Assembly (NCBI GenBank): GCA_046861385.1
Contig: JBHHTW010000034.1
Coordinates: forward strand, 1 to 23,094
Reading direction: 5' to 3'
Origin: Fidelibacterota bacterium
GTDB lineage: Bacteria; Fidelibacterota; Marinisomatia; Marinisomatales; TCS55
DNA length: 23,094 nucleotides
Shown: positions 1 through 8,942 of the stretch, piece after piece
Numbering within the stretch: the first letter of the stretch is position 1
How the letters are laid out: every line of letters starts with the position of its first letter
Program-made: the position numbers and the translations under genes
Notes under the pieces: generated by a model
What the model was told of the DNA's origin: nothing
Seen by the model: only the letters and a program-made list of their open reading frames with translations
The model's database searches: none

Positions 1-624
1 ACAAAAACATCCGGAATTGATATTACAGCCGCCTATGGAATGGACCTCGGTGGATTAGGTGCGTTAGATCTTTCATTGGGATATAACAGCACTTCTACTG
101 AAATTGATGCCATCCATCTACCCGGCGGTCTATCTACTTCACCTGAACCAAGTGTAATCAGTGATGCTGATTTTGTTGAGAAAGCAAAGAACACCATGTT
201 CGATTCTCGCGAACAACGTACCATGACCAGCGCACAGCCTAAAACCAATATGGTTTTGGGTGTAAACTGGGGTGGTTATAAGCTTCCTGTTCTTGATGTA
301 CCTATAGGTGTAAACCTTAAACTGCATCAATTTGGTGAATACCATAGTCGCTATACGACTAGCAGTGAACCGGATTTTGAATCAAAAGAGTACGACGATG
401 GTTGGGCACAAGTCTATCCAGCTGTTATGATTATGGATCTGGAATTCACGGCTGATCTGGGCGCCATGAGCCTTGCTCTTGGTACAAAAAACCTGGGTGA
501 TGTATTACCGGAAAAGAATCTACTTCCCAGTAGAAATAATGATGGTGCATTCGTCTATCCAGCCACTTCGCCAAATGGCATGAACGGTAAATTTGTTTAC
601 ACAAAATTATCATTCAATTTCTAA
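1..624 (+). CDS. TonB-dependent outer-membrane receptor, C-terminal beta-barrel part (5' truncated by window edge)
   Basis: Frame is open from base 1 (TKTSGIDITAAYGM...). Alternating beta-strand pattern, 'LGTKNLGD' (G-x-x-N-L-x-D TBDR motif) and C-terminal 'GKFVYTKLSFNF' ending in Phe (BAM signal). Confidence 0.85.
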   Translation, partial: TKTSGIDITAAYGMDLGGLGALDLSLGYNSTSTEIDAIHLPGGLSTSPEPSVISDADFVEKAKNTMFDSREQRTMTSAQPKTNMVLGVNWGGYKLPVLDVPIGVNLKLHQFGEYHSRYTTSSEPDFESKEYDDGWAQVYPAVMIMDLEFTADLGAMSLALGTKNLGDVLPEKNLLPSRNNDGAFVYPATSPNGMNGKFVYTKLSFNF

Positions 625-643
625 ACATAACCGTTTAGGTATT

Positions 644-672
644 AAAAGGGCGGCTATATGCCGCCCTTTTTT
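644..672 (+). terminator. Rho-independent terminator (possibly bidirectional)
   Basis: AAAAGGGCGGC-tatat-GCCGCCCTTTT perfect inverted repeat running into a T tract, 20 bp after the TBDR stop. Confidence 0.9.
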
Positions 673-742
673 ATTTCATCCTGTGGAATAGCGTTTATTT
701 TCATATAAATTCATCACTCTTTTTTGAGAATATAGATATAAA

Positions 743-2023
743 ATGAAATCACCGGAAGCATCTCCAACACTCGTAATGAATGAACAGGTCAACGCCATGT
801 GGGCAGCCGGCAAGGATGTTTTACATTTAGGGTTTGGCGAATCCCGTTTTCCTGTTCATCCCACACTTTCAAGTGCGCTCCAGGAAAATGCTTCCAGACA
901 AAGTTATCTACCTTCATTAGGTCTTCCGGAGTTACGGGATACAATTGCAAGATATTATTCAAAAAAACACGGTAATGCATTTAATGGAGATCAAATTATT
1001 ACTGGCGTTGGAAGTAAATCTCTCCTTTATGCCATGATCCAGTCTATTGATGGAGACTTGCTACTCCCCAAACCTTCATGGGTTTCATATAGTTCAATTG
1101 CAAAATTAACCGGACGATCGGTTCAAAGGTTTCTTTTGGATGCTGAAAGAGAATATTACTTAAATGTGGATCTCTTGGAATTTGCTTATACCGAATCAAT
1201 TCAAAATGGTTTATCCCCCAAAATGCTTATATTGAATTCTCCCAGTAATCCCGTGGGAAATGTAGCATCTGTTGATGAATTAAAATCAGTTGCTAAATGG
1301 GCAAAGGACAAAGGTCTTTACATATTAAGTGATGAAATATACAGTCTTGTCACACATGGTGGATATACCCATCATTCCATTGCAGATTATTATCCTGAAA
1401 AAACAATCATTTTTGGCGGATTAAGCAAACATTTATCATTAGGCGGCTGGCGCGTGGGAATGGCTATTCTTCCGAAAGGTAATGTCGGTACATCTCTATC
1501 AGATTCGTTTCAGGCCATTGCCGGATGTGTTTGGTCCTGTGTTCCGGCGCCCATCCAATACGCAGCAGTATTTGCTTATAGTGGGAACAAAGAAATTGAA
1601 GCCTATATTAATACATGTACTGCTATACACGAAATTCGAACTCATTACATTTATCATTCGTTAATAGACCTGGGGTTCGAAATCCCCAAGCCCTCGGGTG
1701 GGTTTTATCTTTATCCTTCTTTTAAGAATTGGAAAGATACATTAAAAAAAATGGGTATTTTTTCCTGCACGGATCTTTCAACCTATTTGTTAAGTAATTA
1801 TGGAATTGCATCACTCCCTGGAAGCGCATTTGGAGACAATCCAGAGAATTTAGCTTTGCGTTTATCTACCAGCTTTTTGGATATGGAAACCGATGAACAA
1901 GCTGCTCAAATTGTTAAAGCATATGAAATGGATAATAACCCCAATTCATTTATTCAAAATCATCATCCTCGAGTGGCATTATTCTTAAAGAAAATGAGTG
2001 AGTTTTTTTCTAAAATTAATTAA
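743..2023 (+). CDS. PLP-dependent aminotransferase, class I/II (aspartate aminotransferase-like fold)
   Basis: Motifs 'Y.PSLGLPELR', 'LNSPSNPVG', 'ILSDEIY', 'GLSK..SLGGWRVG' (PLP lysine), 'PSGGFY', 'PGSAFG' and 'LRLS'. Confidence 0.9.
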   Translation: MKSPEASPTLVMNEQVNAMWAAGKDVLHLGFGESRFPVHPTLSSALQENASRQSYLPSLGLPELRDTIARYYSKKHGNAFNGDQIITGVGSKSLLYAMIQSIDGDLLLPKPSWVSYSSIAKLTGRSVQRFLLDAEREYYLNVDLLEFAYTESIQNGLSPKMLILNSPSNPVGNVASVDELKSVAKWAKDKGLYILSDEIYSLVTHGGYTHHSIADYYPEKTIIFGGLSKHLSLGGWRVGMAILPKGNVGTSLSDSFQAIAGCVWSCVPAPIQYAAVFAYSGNKEIEAYINTCTAIHEIRTHYIYHSLIDLGFEIPKPSGGFYLYPSFKNWKDTLKKMGIFSCTDLSTYLLSNYGIASLPGSAFGDNPENLALRLSTSFLDMETDEQAAQIVKAYEMDNNPNSFIQNHHPRVALFLKKMSEFFSKIN

Positions 2024-2034
2024 ATGGAAAATAT

Positions 2035-3282
2035 ATGAGAGAAATTGTCATAATAGATGCCGTCAGATCCCCCATTGGGCGCGTTGGTGGAGCTTTATCT
2101 TCTATCCGGCCCGATGACCTTCTGGCGGAAGTTTTAAAAGCACTAGTGAATAGAACCGGGCTTGACCCAAGTTTGGTCGAAGATGTCTATGCCGGGTGTG
2201 GAAACCAAGCGGGAGAAGATAATCGAGATGTGGCCCGGATGGCTGTTCTCCTGGCAGGATTTCCCAAAGAAGTTAGTGGTGTAACGGTGAATAGAAATTG
2301 TTCTTCCGGTTTGGAGGCTGTTAATCAGGCTGCAAAAGCCATTATTGCCGGTGAAGGGGATATTTTTATTGGGAGTGGCGTTGAAAGTATGAGTCGTGCT
2401 CCTTGGGCAATGCCAAAACCTCAAAAACTACCGGCAGTTGGTCATCAAAATATTTTTGATACTACAGTGGGCTGGCGATTCCCAAATCCTAAACTCGATG
2501 CTATATATCCGATTGTCAGCCTCGGTGAGACTGCAGAAAATATTGCCGAAGAGCTTAAAATTCCCCGTGAAGAACAAGACGCTTTTTCCCTTGAAAGTCA
2601 ACGTCGCGCAATCGATGCTATTAACCGGGGGAAATTTAAAAATGAGATTATTCCAATTTCTGTTCCTCAACGAAGAGGTGATCCTATTATTGTAAACACC
2701 GATGAGCATCCAAGATATCGAATTGAAAATGACCAATATTTGTTAGACCTTTCATTGGAAAAATTATCAAAACTTAAACCTGCATTTAGAAAAAATGGTA
2801 CCGTTACGGCCGGAAGTTCCAGTGGAATTAATGATGGAGCCGCTGCCGTTTTACTTATGAGTCGGGAAAAAGCAAATGAACTTGGACTAAAACCAATAGC
2901 TCGTTGGATTGGTTCTGCTGTGGCGGGAGTGAACCCAGGCGTTATGGGTTATGGGCCTGTTCCCTCTACTGATAAATTGTTAAAACGATTTAGTCTCTCT
3001 TTAAGCGATATTGGATTAATCGAACTCAATGAAGCATTTGCAGCCCAAGCCATAGGCGTAATGAAAACAATGAAAATGAATCCTGACATTACAAATGTAA
3101 ATGGCGGAGCTATCGCTTTGGGGCATCCATTAGGATGCTCAGGCGCACGCATCCTCACAACGCTTGTCCATGAAATGAAGCGAAGAAATTCTAATGAAAA
3201 AAAACCATATTATGGATTAGCCACCCTTTGTGTTGGAGTTGGGCAAGGTGTATCAACATTAGTGGAATCACTAGATGAGTAA
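2035..3282 (+). CDS. Thiolase (acetyl-CoA C-acyltransferase), PcaF/PaaJ-like 3-oxoadipyl-CoA thiolase subgroup
   Basis: 'RSPIG', '[17 protein letters not shown]' (PcaF/PaaJ-type signature), catalytic Cys in 'VNRNCSSG', 'NEAFA', 'GHPLG', 'LCVGVGQG'. Confidence 0.93.
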   Translation: MREIVIIDAVRSPIGRVGGALSSIRPDDLLAEVLKALVNRTGLDPSLVEDVYAGCGNQAGEDNRDVARMAVLLAGFPKEVSGVTVNRNCSSGLEAVNQAAKAIIAGEGDIFIGSGVESMSRAPWAMPKPQKLPAVGHQNIFDTTVGWRFPNPKLDAIYPIVSLGETAENIAEELKIPREEQDAFSLESQRRAIDAINRGKFKNEIIPISVPQRRGDPIIVNTDEHPRYRIENDQYLLDLSLEKLSKLKPAFRKNGTVTAGSSSGINDGAAAVLLMSREKANELGLKPIARWIGSAVAGVNPGVMGYGPVPSTDKLLKRFSLSLSDIGLIELNEAFAAQAIGVMKTMKMNPDITNVNGGAIALGHPLGCSGARILTTLVHEMKRRNSNEKKPYYGLATLCVGVGQGVSTLVESLDE

Positions 3283-4504
3283 CGCGATAGACCGTCCTCT
3301 TTCCGGTATACGAGTTGTTGCATTAGAGCAATACATGGCTGCGCCATATTGTACGATGCTTTTGGCTGATGCCGGCGCTGAAGTGATTAAAATTGAACGA
3401 CCTGGCAGCGGTGATCCCCGTCGGTCAATCCCTCCGTTCGCTCAAGGTCCTAACGGCGAAAAAAAAGCCGGTGGTTTTATGGCATATAATCGAAATAAAA
3501 AAAGCGTCGCATTGAATATTCGATCTGAAGAAGGGAAAAATATTTATAAAGAATTAGTCAGAACCGCAGACGTGGTTGTAGAGAATCTTCGACCGGGTGC
3601 CACTGACAAAATGGGAATTGGGTATAATGATTTAAAAAAAGAGAATCCAAAATTGATCTATGCAGCCATTTCCGGTTTTGGTCGATTAGAGGGTTATCGC
3701 GGCCCCGACTCCAATCGACCTGCTTTTGACATTGTTGCTGAAGCCATGAGTGGAATAATGCATTTAGTTGGATTTGAAGATCAACCTCCATCTTGGACAA
3801 TTTATGGAATGGCAGATGTTTATTCTGGTGTTTGCACATCTTTTGGAATCACACAAGCCCTTTTTATGAGAGAAAGAACCGGGAAGGGACAATTTGTGGA
3901 TGGTGCGATGTTGGATACCATGCTTTCTCTCAATGAAAGAATGGTAATGTTGTATTCTATTTCAGGCATTGAACCCCATCGAGGGAGATTAACTCATCTC
4001 TACCCCAGGGGGGCTTTCCAATGCAGCGACGGGTATTTAGCGTTAAATGTTCCTGATGATCAAATCTGGTCTCGACTCTGCAAAACGATGGAGCGAGATG
4101 ATTTGATCGAAGATGAGCGAAGTATTAACGGAACAGCCAGGGCATCGAATGCAAAATTTTTAAGACCTATTATCGATGAATGGCTTTCCAAAAAAACACG
4201 AGAAGAAGCTGAAGAGCTATTGAATGAAAACGGTGTACCGGTAGGATCGGTTTATACGGCTAAGGATATTTTCTCTTCTGAACAGGTTTCTAAAAGGAAA
4301 GCATTAGTTGAAATAAACGATCCGGATGTCGGCACTTACACTTTTGCGCGGGGACCGGTTATGCTTTCTGAGTCGCCTGAGATCGAAACAAATCCTGCTC
4401 CAAGCTTGGGACAACACACTGCTGAAATACTTAAAGAAATTTTACACTACTCAGATAAACGAATTATTGAATTGGAGCATTCTCAAATTATTCAAAGGAG
4501 CTAA
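3275..4504 (+). CDS. Family III CoA-transferase (CaiB/BaiF)
   Basis: 'PLSGIRVV', 'LADAGAEVIKIERPGSGD', 'NRNKKSVALN', 'ADVVVENLRPG', 'ISGFG', catalytic Asp in 'MADVYSG', 'APSLGQHT'. Overlaps the thiolase stop by 8 bp. Confidence 0.93.
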   Translation: MSNAIDRPLSGIRVVALEQYMAAPYCTMLLADAGAEVIKIERPGSGDPRRSIPPFAQGPNGEKKAGGFMAYNRNKKSVALNIRSEEGKNIYKELVRTADVVVENLRPGATDKMGIGYNDLKKENPKLIYAAISGFGRLEGYRGPDSNRPAFDIVAEAMSGIMHLVGFEDQPPSWTIYGMADVYSGVCTSFGITQALFMRERTGKGQFVDGAMLDTMLSLNERMVMLYSISGIEPHRGRLTHLYPRGAFQCSDGYLALNVPDDQIWSRLCKTMERDDLIEDERSINGTARASNAKFLRPIIDEWLSKKTREEAEELLNENGVPVGSVYTAKDIFSSEQVSKRKALVEINDPDVGTYTFARGPVMLSESPEIETNPAPSLGQHTAEILKEILHYSDKRIIELEHSQIIQRS

Positions 4505-4509
4505 CATTT

Positions 4510-6207
4510 ATGTCAAATAAATATTTCATTATTACAATTTGGTTACTTTTCAGCAACCAAGTTTTCTCAGCTACACCTAATCCCGTTTTTGCTAAAAATG
4601 GAATGGTTGTTTCCACCAGTCGACAAGCATCTGAAGCGGGTGTTGAAATCTTGAAAAAAGGTGGAAATGCTATTGATGCTGCTGTTGCTGTGGGGTTTGC
4701 CCTGTCCGTAACATCGCCTTCTAATGGCAATGTTGGCGGTGGTGGATTTATGGTTGCACATAAAGCGAATGGTGATGATTTTACATTAGACTACAGAGAA
4801 AAAGCTCCTTCAAACGCACATAGGAATATGTACTTGGACGACAGTGGAAATATTATTAAAGATATGTCTTTACATACAAGAGCAGCCTCTGGTGTTCCCG
4901 GGAGTGTAGAAGGATTGCTGAGAGTTTGGGAAGATCATGGATCTGGAAATATTTCAATGAGGGAACTTTTAGCGCCAGCAATAGCATTAGCAGAAAAGGG
5001 CTTCAAATTGAGTCACTTTGAAGCAACCCGCTTTAATCATTTTAAAAATTTCTTTTTAAAGAATGATGCAGCCGCAAAAGTATTTATTCGTAATGATGGT
5101 CAACCTTGGAAAGCCGATGACATTTTCAAACAAAAGGATCTCGCTCAAACATTAAAACGCATTTCCCGTAATGGAAAAAAGGGCTTTTATATGGGGAAAA
5201 CAGCAGATTTGATTGTAGCCGAAATGGAAAGAGGAAATGGCTTCATCACCTACGAAGATTTACTGAATTATACATCAAAATACAGGGAACCGGTTAGAGG
5301 AGATTTTCTTGAATATGACATTTTATCCATGGGTCCTCCCAGTTCAGGTGGTGCTGTACTAATCGAAATGCTAAACATGTTAGAATTGGCGCAATTAGAT
5401 TCTTTGGGTTGGAATTCTTCAGAATATATACATTTATTAACTGAAGTTGAACGGATAGCTTATGCAGACCGGGCTGAACATATGGGGGATTCTGATTTCT
5501 GGGATGTTCCCCTTGACATGCTACTTTCCGAGAATTATGCAACAAGGAGATTTTCTGATATTTCAATGGAAAAAGCAGCAAAAAGCAGTGATGTATTTCC
5601 CGGTAATCCATCCGGCTACGAAAGTAAAGAAACTACCCAGTACTCTGTTATCGATAAGGACGGCAACGCGGTCAGTGTGACTACCACTATTAATTTGAGT
5701 TTTGGCAGTGGTATTTTGGTTGAGGGTGCCGGATTCTTTTTGAATAATGAAATGGACGATTTTTCATCCAAACCCGGAACGCCAAACTTTTATGGATTAG
5801 TAGGGAAAGAAGCAAACGCTATTGCTCCGGGAAAACGCCCGTTGAGCTCCATGACGCCTACCATTGTATTAAAAAACGGAAATCCATTTATGGTCACCGG
5901 TTCTCCCGGTGGCTCGACTATAATAACCACCACGCTTCAAACTATATTAAATGTGACTGTTCATGGTATGAATATTCAAGAAGCAGTTTCTGTTCCGCGA
6001 ACTCACTCTCAATGGCTCCCGGATGTACTTTTTTTTGAAAAAAGAGGATTACCTCAGGATGTTATTCAAAATCTAGAGAGAAAAGGACATTTGGTTAAAA
6101 TGCACCCTTGGAAATATCTTGGGAAAGCAAATGCAATTGTGGTTACAGATGATTGGATTACTGGTGGAGCCGATACCCGGGGCGAAAATACTGCTGTTGG
6201 TTATTGA
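4510..6207 (+). CDS. ggt: Gamma-glutamyltranspeptidase / glutathione hydrolase, secreted (signal peptide)
   Basis: 'GGNAIDAAVA', 'GGGGFM', 'DYREKAP', 'PPSSGG', autoprocessing Thr in 'ETTQYS', 'LNNEMDDFS', 'PGKRPLSSMTP', 'GSPGGS'. Hydrophobic N-terminal signal ending near 'VFSA'. Confidence 0.95.
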   Translation: MSNKYFIITIWLLFSNQVFSATPNPVFAKNGMVVSTSRQASEAGVEILKKGGNAIDAAVAVGFALSVTSPSNGNVGGGGFMVAHKANGDDFTLDYREKAPSNAHRNMYLDDSGNIIKDMSLHTRAASGVPGSVEGLLRVWEDHGSGNISMRELLAPAIALAEKGFKLSHFEATRFNHFKNFFLKNDAAAKVFIRNDGQPWKADDIFKQKDLAQTLKRISRNGKKGFYMGKTADLIVAEMERGNGFITYEDLLNYTSKYREPVRGDFLEYDILSMGPPSSGGAVLIEMLNMLELAQLDSLGWNSSEYIHLLTEVERIAYADRAEHMGDSDFWDVPLDMLLSENYATRRFSDISMEKAAKSSDVFPGNPSGYESKETTQYSVIDKDGNAVSVTTTINLSFGSGILVEGAGFFLNNEMDDFSSKPGTPNFYGLVGKEANAIAPGKRPLSSMTPTIVLKNGNPFMVTGSPGGSTIITTTLQTILNVTVHGMNIQEAVSVPRTHSQWLPDVLFFEKRGLPQDVIQNLERKGHLVKMHPWKYLGKANAIVVTDDWITGGADTRGENTAVGY

Positions 6208-6245
6208 TTTATTGGAGTATGTATATATTTAATACCTTCGATATA

Positions 6246-6335
6246 GTGAGGACATTCCCCGCCTGCCACATATGGAAAATATAGAAGGGGCGGGCAGGCT
6301 GTCTACATTACGACAGACAAGAATGTCTGTCGTAC
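6246..6335. repeat. REP-like inverted palindrome pair; left copy interrupted by a GC-rich palindromic insert
   Basis: Perfect 11-bp hairpin TACGACAGACA-agaa-TGTCTGTCGTA at 6309-6334. Left: GTGAGGACATTC [6258-6298 CCCGCCTGCC...GGCGGGCAGG] CTGTCTAC. Confidence 0.6.
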
Positions 6336-6345
6336 GGTGAAACAC

Positions 6346-6849
6346 ATGAGATTAGACGCTGTACAAATTGAGGATATTTCTTCGGCAGATTTCCCAAAGG
6401 TCCTGGAATTGAATCAACAATCCCAACCCCATCTCAGCGCATTAACATTAGAGCGATTGAAAGAACTGGCTAATATGACATTCCATTTTCGGGTCATAAA
6501 ACACGAGGATGAGATTTCAGCATTTCTCATGGGTATGGAAGAAAACCAACCATACAATAGTATGAACTATGCTTGGATTTCTGAACGATACGAATCGTTC
6601 TACTATATTGATAGAATTGCCGTTGCAAAGGAATATCAGAGACAGGGGTTAGGTATTTCATTGTATGAAGATGGGCAATCATTTGCTCTTGAAAAGAAAA
6701 AACCTGTCATGGCATGCGAAGTAAATATTAAGCCTCCTAATATCGGTTCCTTAAAATTTCATAAAAATTTTGGTTTTTTCTCTGTCGGTGAACAAAATAC
6801 AGAAGGAGGTCAAAAGCGCGTGCAGTATATGATTAAAAATTTGAATTGA
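6346..6849 (+). CDS. GNAT family N-acetyltransferase (COG3818-like)
   Basis: 'YIDRIAV..EYQRQGLG' acetyl-CoA-binding motif A, 'CEVN..PPN.GSLKFH..FGF'. ATG 6346 has an SD-like GGTGA upstream; GTG 6337 is an alternative start. Confidence 0.88.
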   Translation: MRLDAVQIEDISSADFPKVLELNQQSQPHLSALTLERLKELANMTFHFRVIKHEDEISAFLMGMEENQPYNSMNYAWISERYESFYYIDRIAVAKEYQRQGLGISLYEDGQSFALEKKKPVMACEVNIKPPNIGSLKFHKNFGFFSVGEQNTEGGQKRVQYMIKNLN

Positions 6850-7732
6850 TTGTATTTTCCCATTCTTTAATCCGATTTTCTACCCATTTAATTGAAGGAA
6901 AATCTATTTCCTGAATGTCTCCATCCAGGGTAATCCATATCCATGAATCTCTCGGATTCCCTAAAGCGAAGTCTCCTTCCAATGCGACATTCCCATCGGG
7001 ATACCACCACGTCCAATGGCCAATATATAATCCCTGATGATATTCACCCTCAAGACTTTTTGAACCATCAGAAAACCATTCCTTTTGTACACCATGAGGA
7101 ACCGAATGAGCATAACGATGAACATACATCAAATCGCCGGAGGGGTACCATCTTGTATGGACACTGTCTTTTTTTCCTCCTTTCCAATAAAATTCCCATT
7201 GTTTCGTACCATCTTTATACCATCCTCTATCATAACCATCTTTTTGCCCATAAACCAATAAGGCTTCTCCTTCTTTACGCCCGTTATTGTGCCATAAAAT
7301 CAATTTTCCGTGGAGTTTATCCTGACGATAAGGTTCTGCTGATGAAACGACCCCATTTTCATACCAGTGCGACCATGTACCCTGTTTTTTCCCGTTTATA
7401 TATTCTCCCTCTTCTTTAATTTGACCATTCTCGTACCATATTGTCCACAATCCCTCCTGTTGAAGATTCTTAAATATTCCTTCCCGTTGTTTTTCACCAT
7501 TTGCATAATACCAAATCCAATGACCATCTTGAATTCCTTCATTCAAATATCCTTCAAATTCGTGTACACCGTTCGCATAATTATAAAAAACCTGACCGGT
7601 GTATGGTAATTCCTGATTGGTAATATATTTTCGGCTTGTACCATCAAGATCGACTCTATCTACGAGATCTTTTATGTTGACTTGAGAAAATAGAAATGTA
7701 TTAATCAGAATAATAATTGTGAATTTTTTCAT
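6833..7732 (-). CDS. Secreted MORN_2/YwqK-like repeat protein
   Basis: Signal peptide MKKFTIIILINTFLFS, then about nine ~24-aa repeats of type 'G.W..WYENG...EG.Y..G'. Confidence 0.85.
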   Translation of the reverse strand: MKKFTIIILINTFLFSQVNIKDLVDRVDLDGTSRKYITNQELPYTGQVFYNYANGVHEFEGYLNEGIQDGHWIWYYANGEKQREGIFKNLQQEGLWTIWYENGQIKEEGEYINGKKQGTWSHWYENGVVSSAEPYRQDKLHGKLILWHNNGRKEGEALLVYGQKDGYDRGWYKDGTKQWEFYWKGGKKDSVHTRWYPSGDLMYVHRYAHSVPHGVQKEWFSDGSKSLEGEYHQGLYIGHWTWWYPDGNVALEGDFALGNPRDSWIWITLDGDIQEIDFPSIKWVENRIKEWENTINSNF

Positions 7733-8898
7733 AACATAAGTTGATCTTCTATGAGTTGAACAAAAATAGATGCCCCTACCGATAGAGCTCGCTCATCAAT
7801 ATCAAAATGTGAGCAATGGTGGGGGACGCTTCTGAATGGTTGATCTTCTGGCGCTGATCCTACAAAGAAAAAACAACCGGGAATTTCTTGAGCATAATAA
7901 CTGAAATCTTCACCTCCCATGGAAAGATATGGAGAACCCACTCCTTCGCTAACAATTTTTCTTGCTGACTTCATCAATTTATTAACAATCCCCGAATCAT
8001 TAACGGTTGGTGGATAGCCGTTTCGGTATTCTAAAATTATTTCTGCGTTAAAGGATTGACCCATACCGGTAATAATTTCATTCATTCGTGATTTAATAAG
8101 CTGGCGATTTTCTTCAGTGTATGATCTCGCCGTTCCTTTTAGCTTCACCTCATCAGCAATAATATTAAAATTGTATCCACCATTTATCATACCAATTGAA
8201 ACAACTGTACTTTCCAAGGGATTAGTATTTCGGCTGACGATAGTTTGCAATGCAGTTATTAAATGGGCTGATACCACGACAGAATCCACAGTTCCCTGAG
8301 GAGCTGCGCCATGTCCGCCTACTCCTTTTATTATAATTTGAAATTCATCCGCAGCTGCCAAGATGGAGCCCTCTTTCACTCCAACTTCCCCATATTTTTG
8401 ATAATTCCAAAGATGTATTCCATATATCTCATCAACCCCGTCCAGGCAGCCGTCTTTAATCATATATGTTGCACCACCGTCACCCTCTTCCGCCGGTTGA
8501 AATAAAAATCGCACTGTACCTTGTATTTTATTTTTTTTATTGGCTAATATTTTTGCTGCTCCTAAAAGCATAGCAGTATGTCCATCATGACCGCAAGCGT
8601 GCATTATTCCGTCGTGTACCGATTTATAATCACAATGGCTTGTTTCCTGAATTGGCAGAGCATCCATATCTGCCCGAAGGGCGATAGTGGGACCATGCCC
8701 GCTATTTAAATCAGCGACGACACCTGTTTTGCCAACTCCTGTCTGGACATCTAATCCAAGATCGTTCAGTCGATTGGCGACCAACTCTGCTGTACGGTGG
8801 ACATTAAAACCCATTTCAGGATGTTTATGTATATCCCTGCGCGTTGAAATAATTTCATCCGAAATTATTTTGACGTCCTTGTGAATGTTTATGCTCAT
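7729..8898 (-). CDS. M20D family amidohydrolase (N-acyl-amino acid amidohydrolase/hippurate hydrolase-like)
   Basis: 'RRDIHKHPE', 'LRADMDALPI', 'MHACGHDGH', 'FQPAEEG', 'GGHGA.P', 'GGEDFS', 'HH...FDIDE'. Confidence 0.93.
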   Translation of the reverse strand: MSINIHKDVKIISDEIISTRRDIHKHPEMGFNVHRTAELVANRLNDLGLDVQTGVGKTGVVADLNSGHGPTIALRADMDALPIQETSHCDYKSVHDGIMHACGHDGHTAMLLGAAKILANKKNKIQGTVRFLFQPAEEGDGGATYMIKDGCLDGVDEIYGIHLWNYQKYGEVGVKEGSILAAADEFQIIIKGVGGHGAAPQGTVDSVVVSAHLITALQTIVSRNTNPLESTVVSIGMINGGYNFNIIADEVKLKGTARSYTEENRQLIKSRMNEIITGMGQSFNAEIILEYRNGYPPTVNDSGIVNKLMKSARKIVSEGVGSPYLSMGGEDFSYYAQEIPGCFFFVGSAPEDQPFRSVPHHCSHFDIDERALSVGASIFVQLIEDQLML

Positions 8899-8942
8899 GT
8901 GTTTTAATTGGTTCGGTTAATAATAATCAGCAAATTTAGTAA

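Noticed and set aside
6943-7609. Antisense ORFs (158 aa and 80 aa) over the MORN gene, and the other short overlapping ORFs in the track
   Set aside because: They are shadows of well-supported genes on the opposite strand or in another frame, with no family motifs.
6346-7732. Toxin-antitoxin pair (GNAT toxin + YwqK-like antitoxin)
   Set aside because: The genes are convergent, the MORN-repeat protein has a signal peptide, and the GNAT lacks the upstream RHH antitoxin typical of AtaT/TacT systems.
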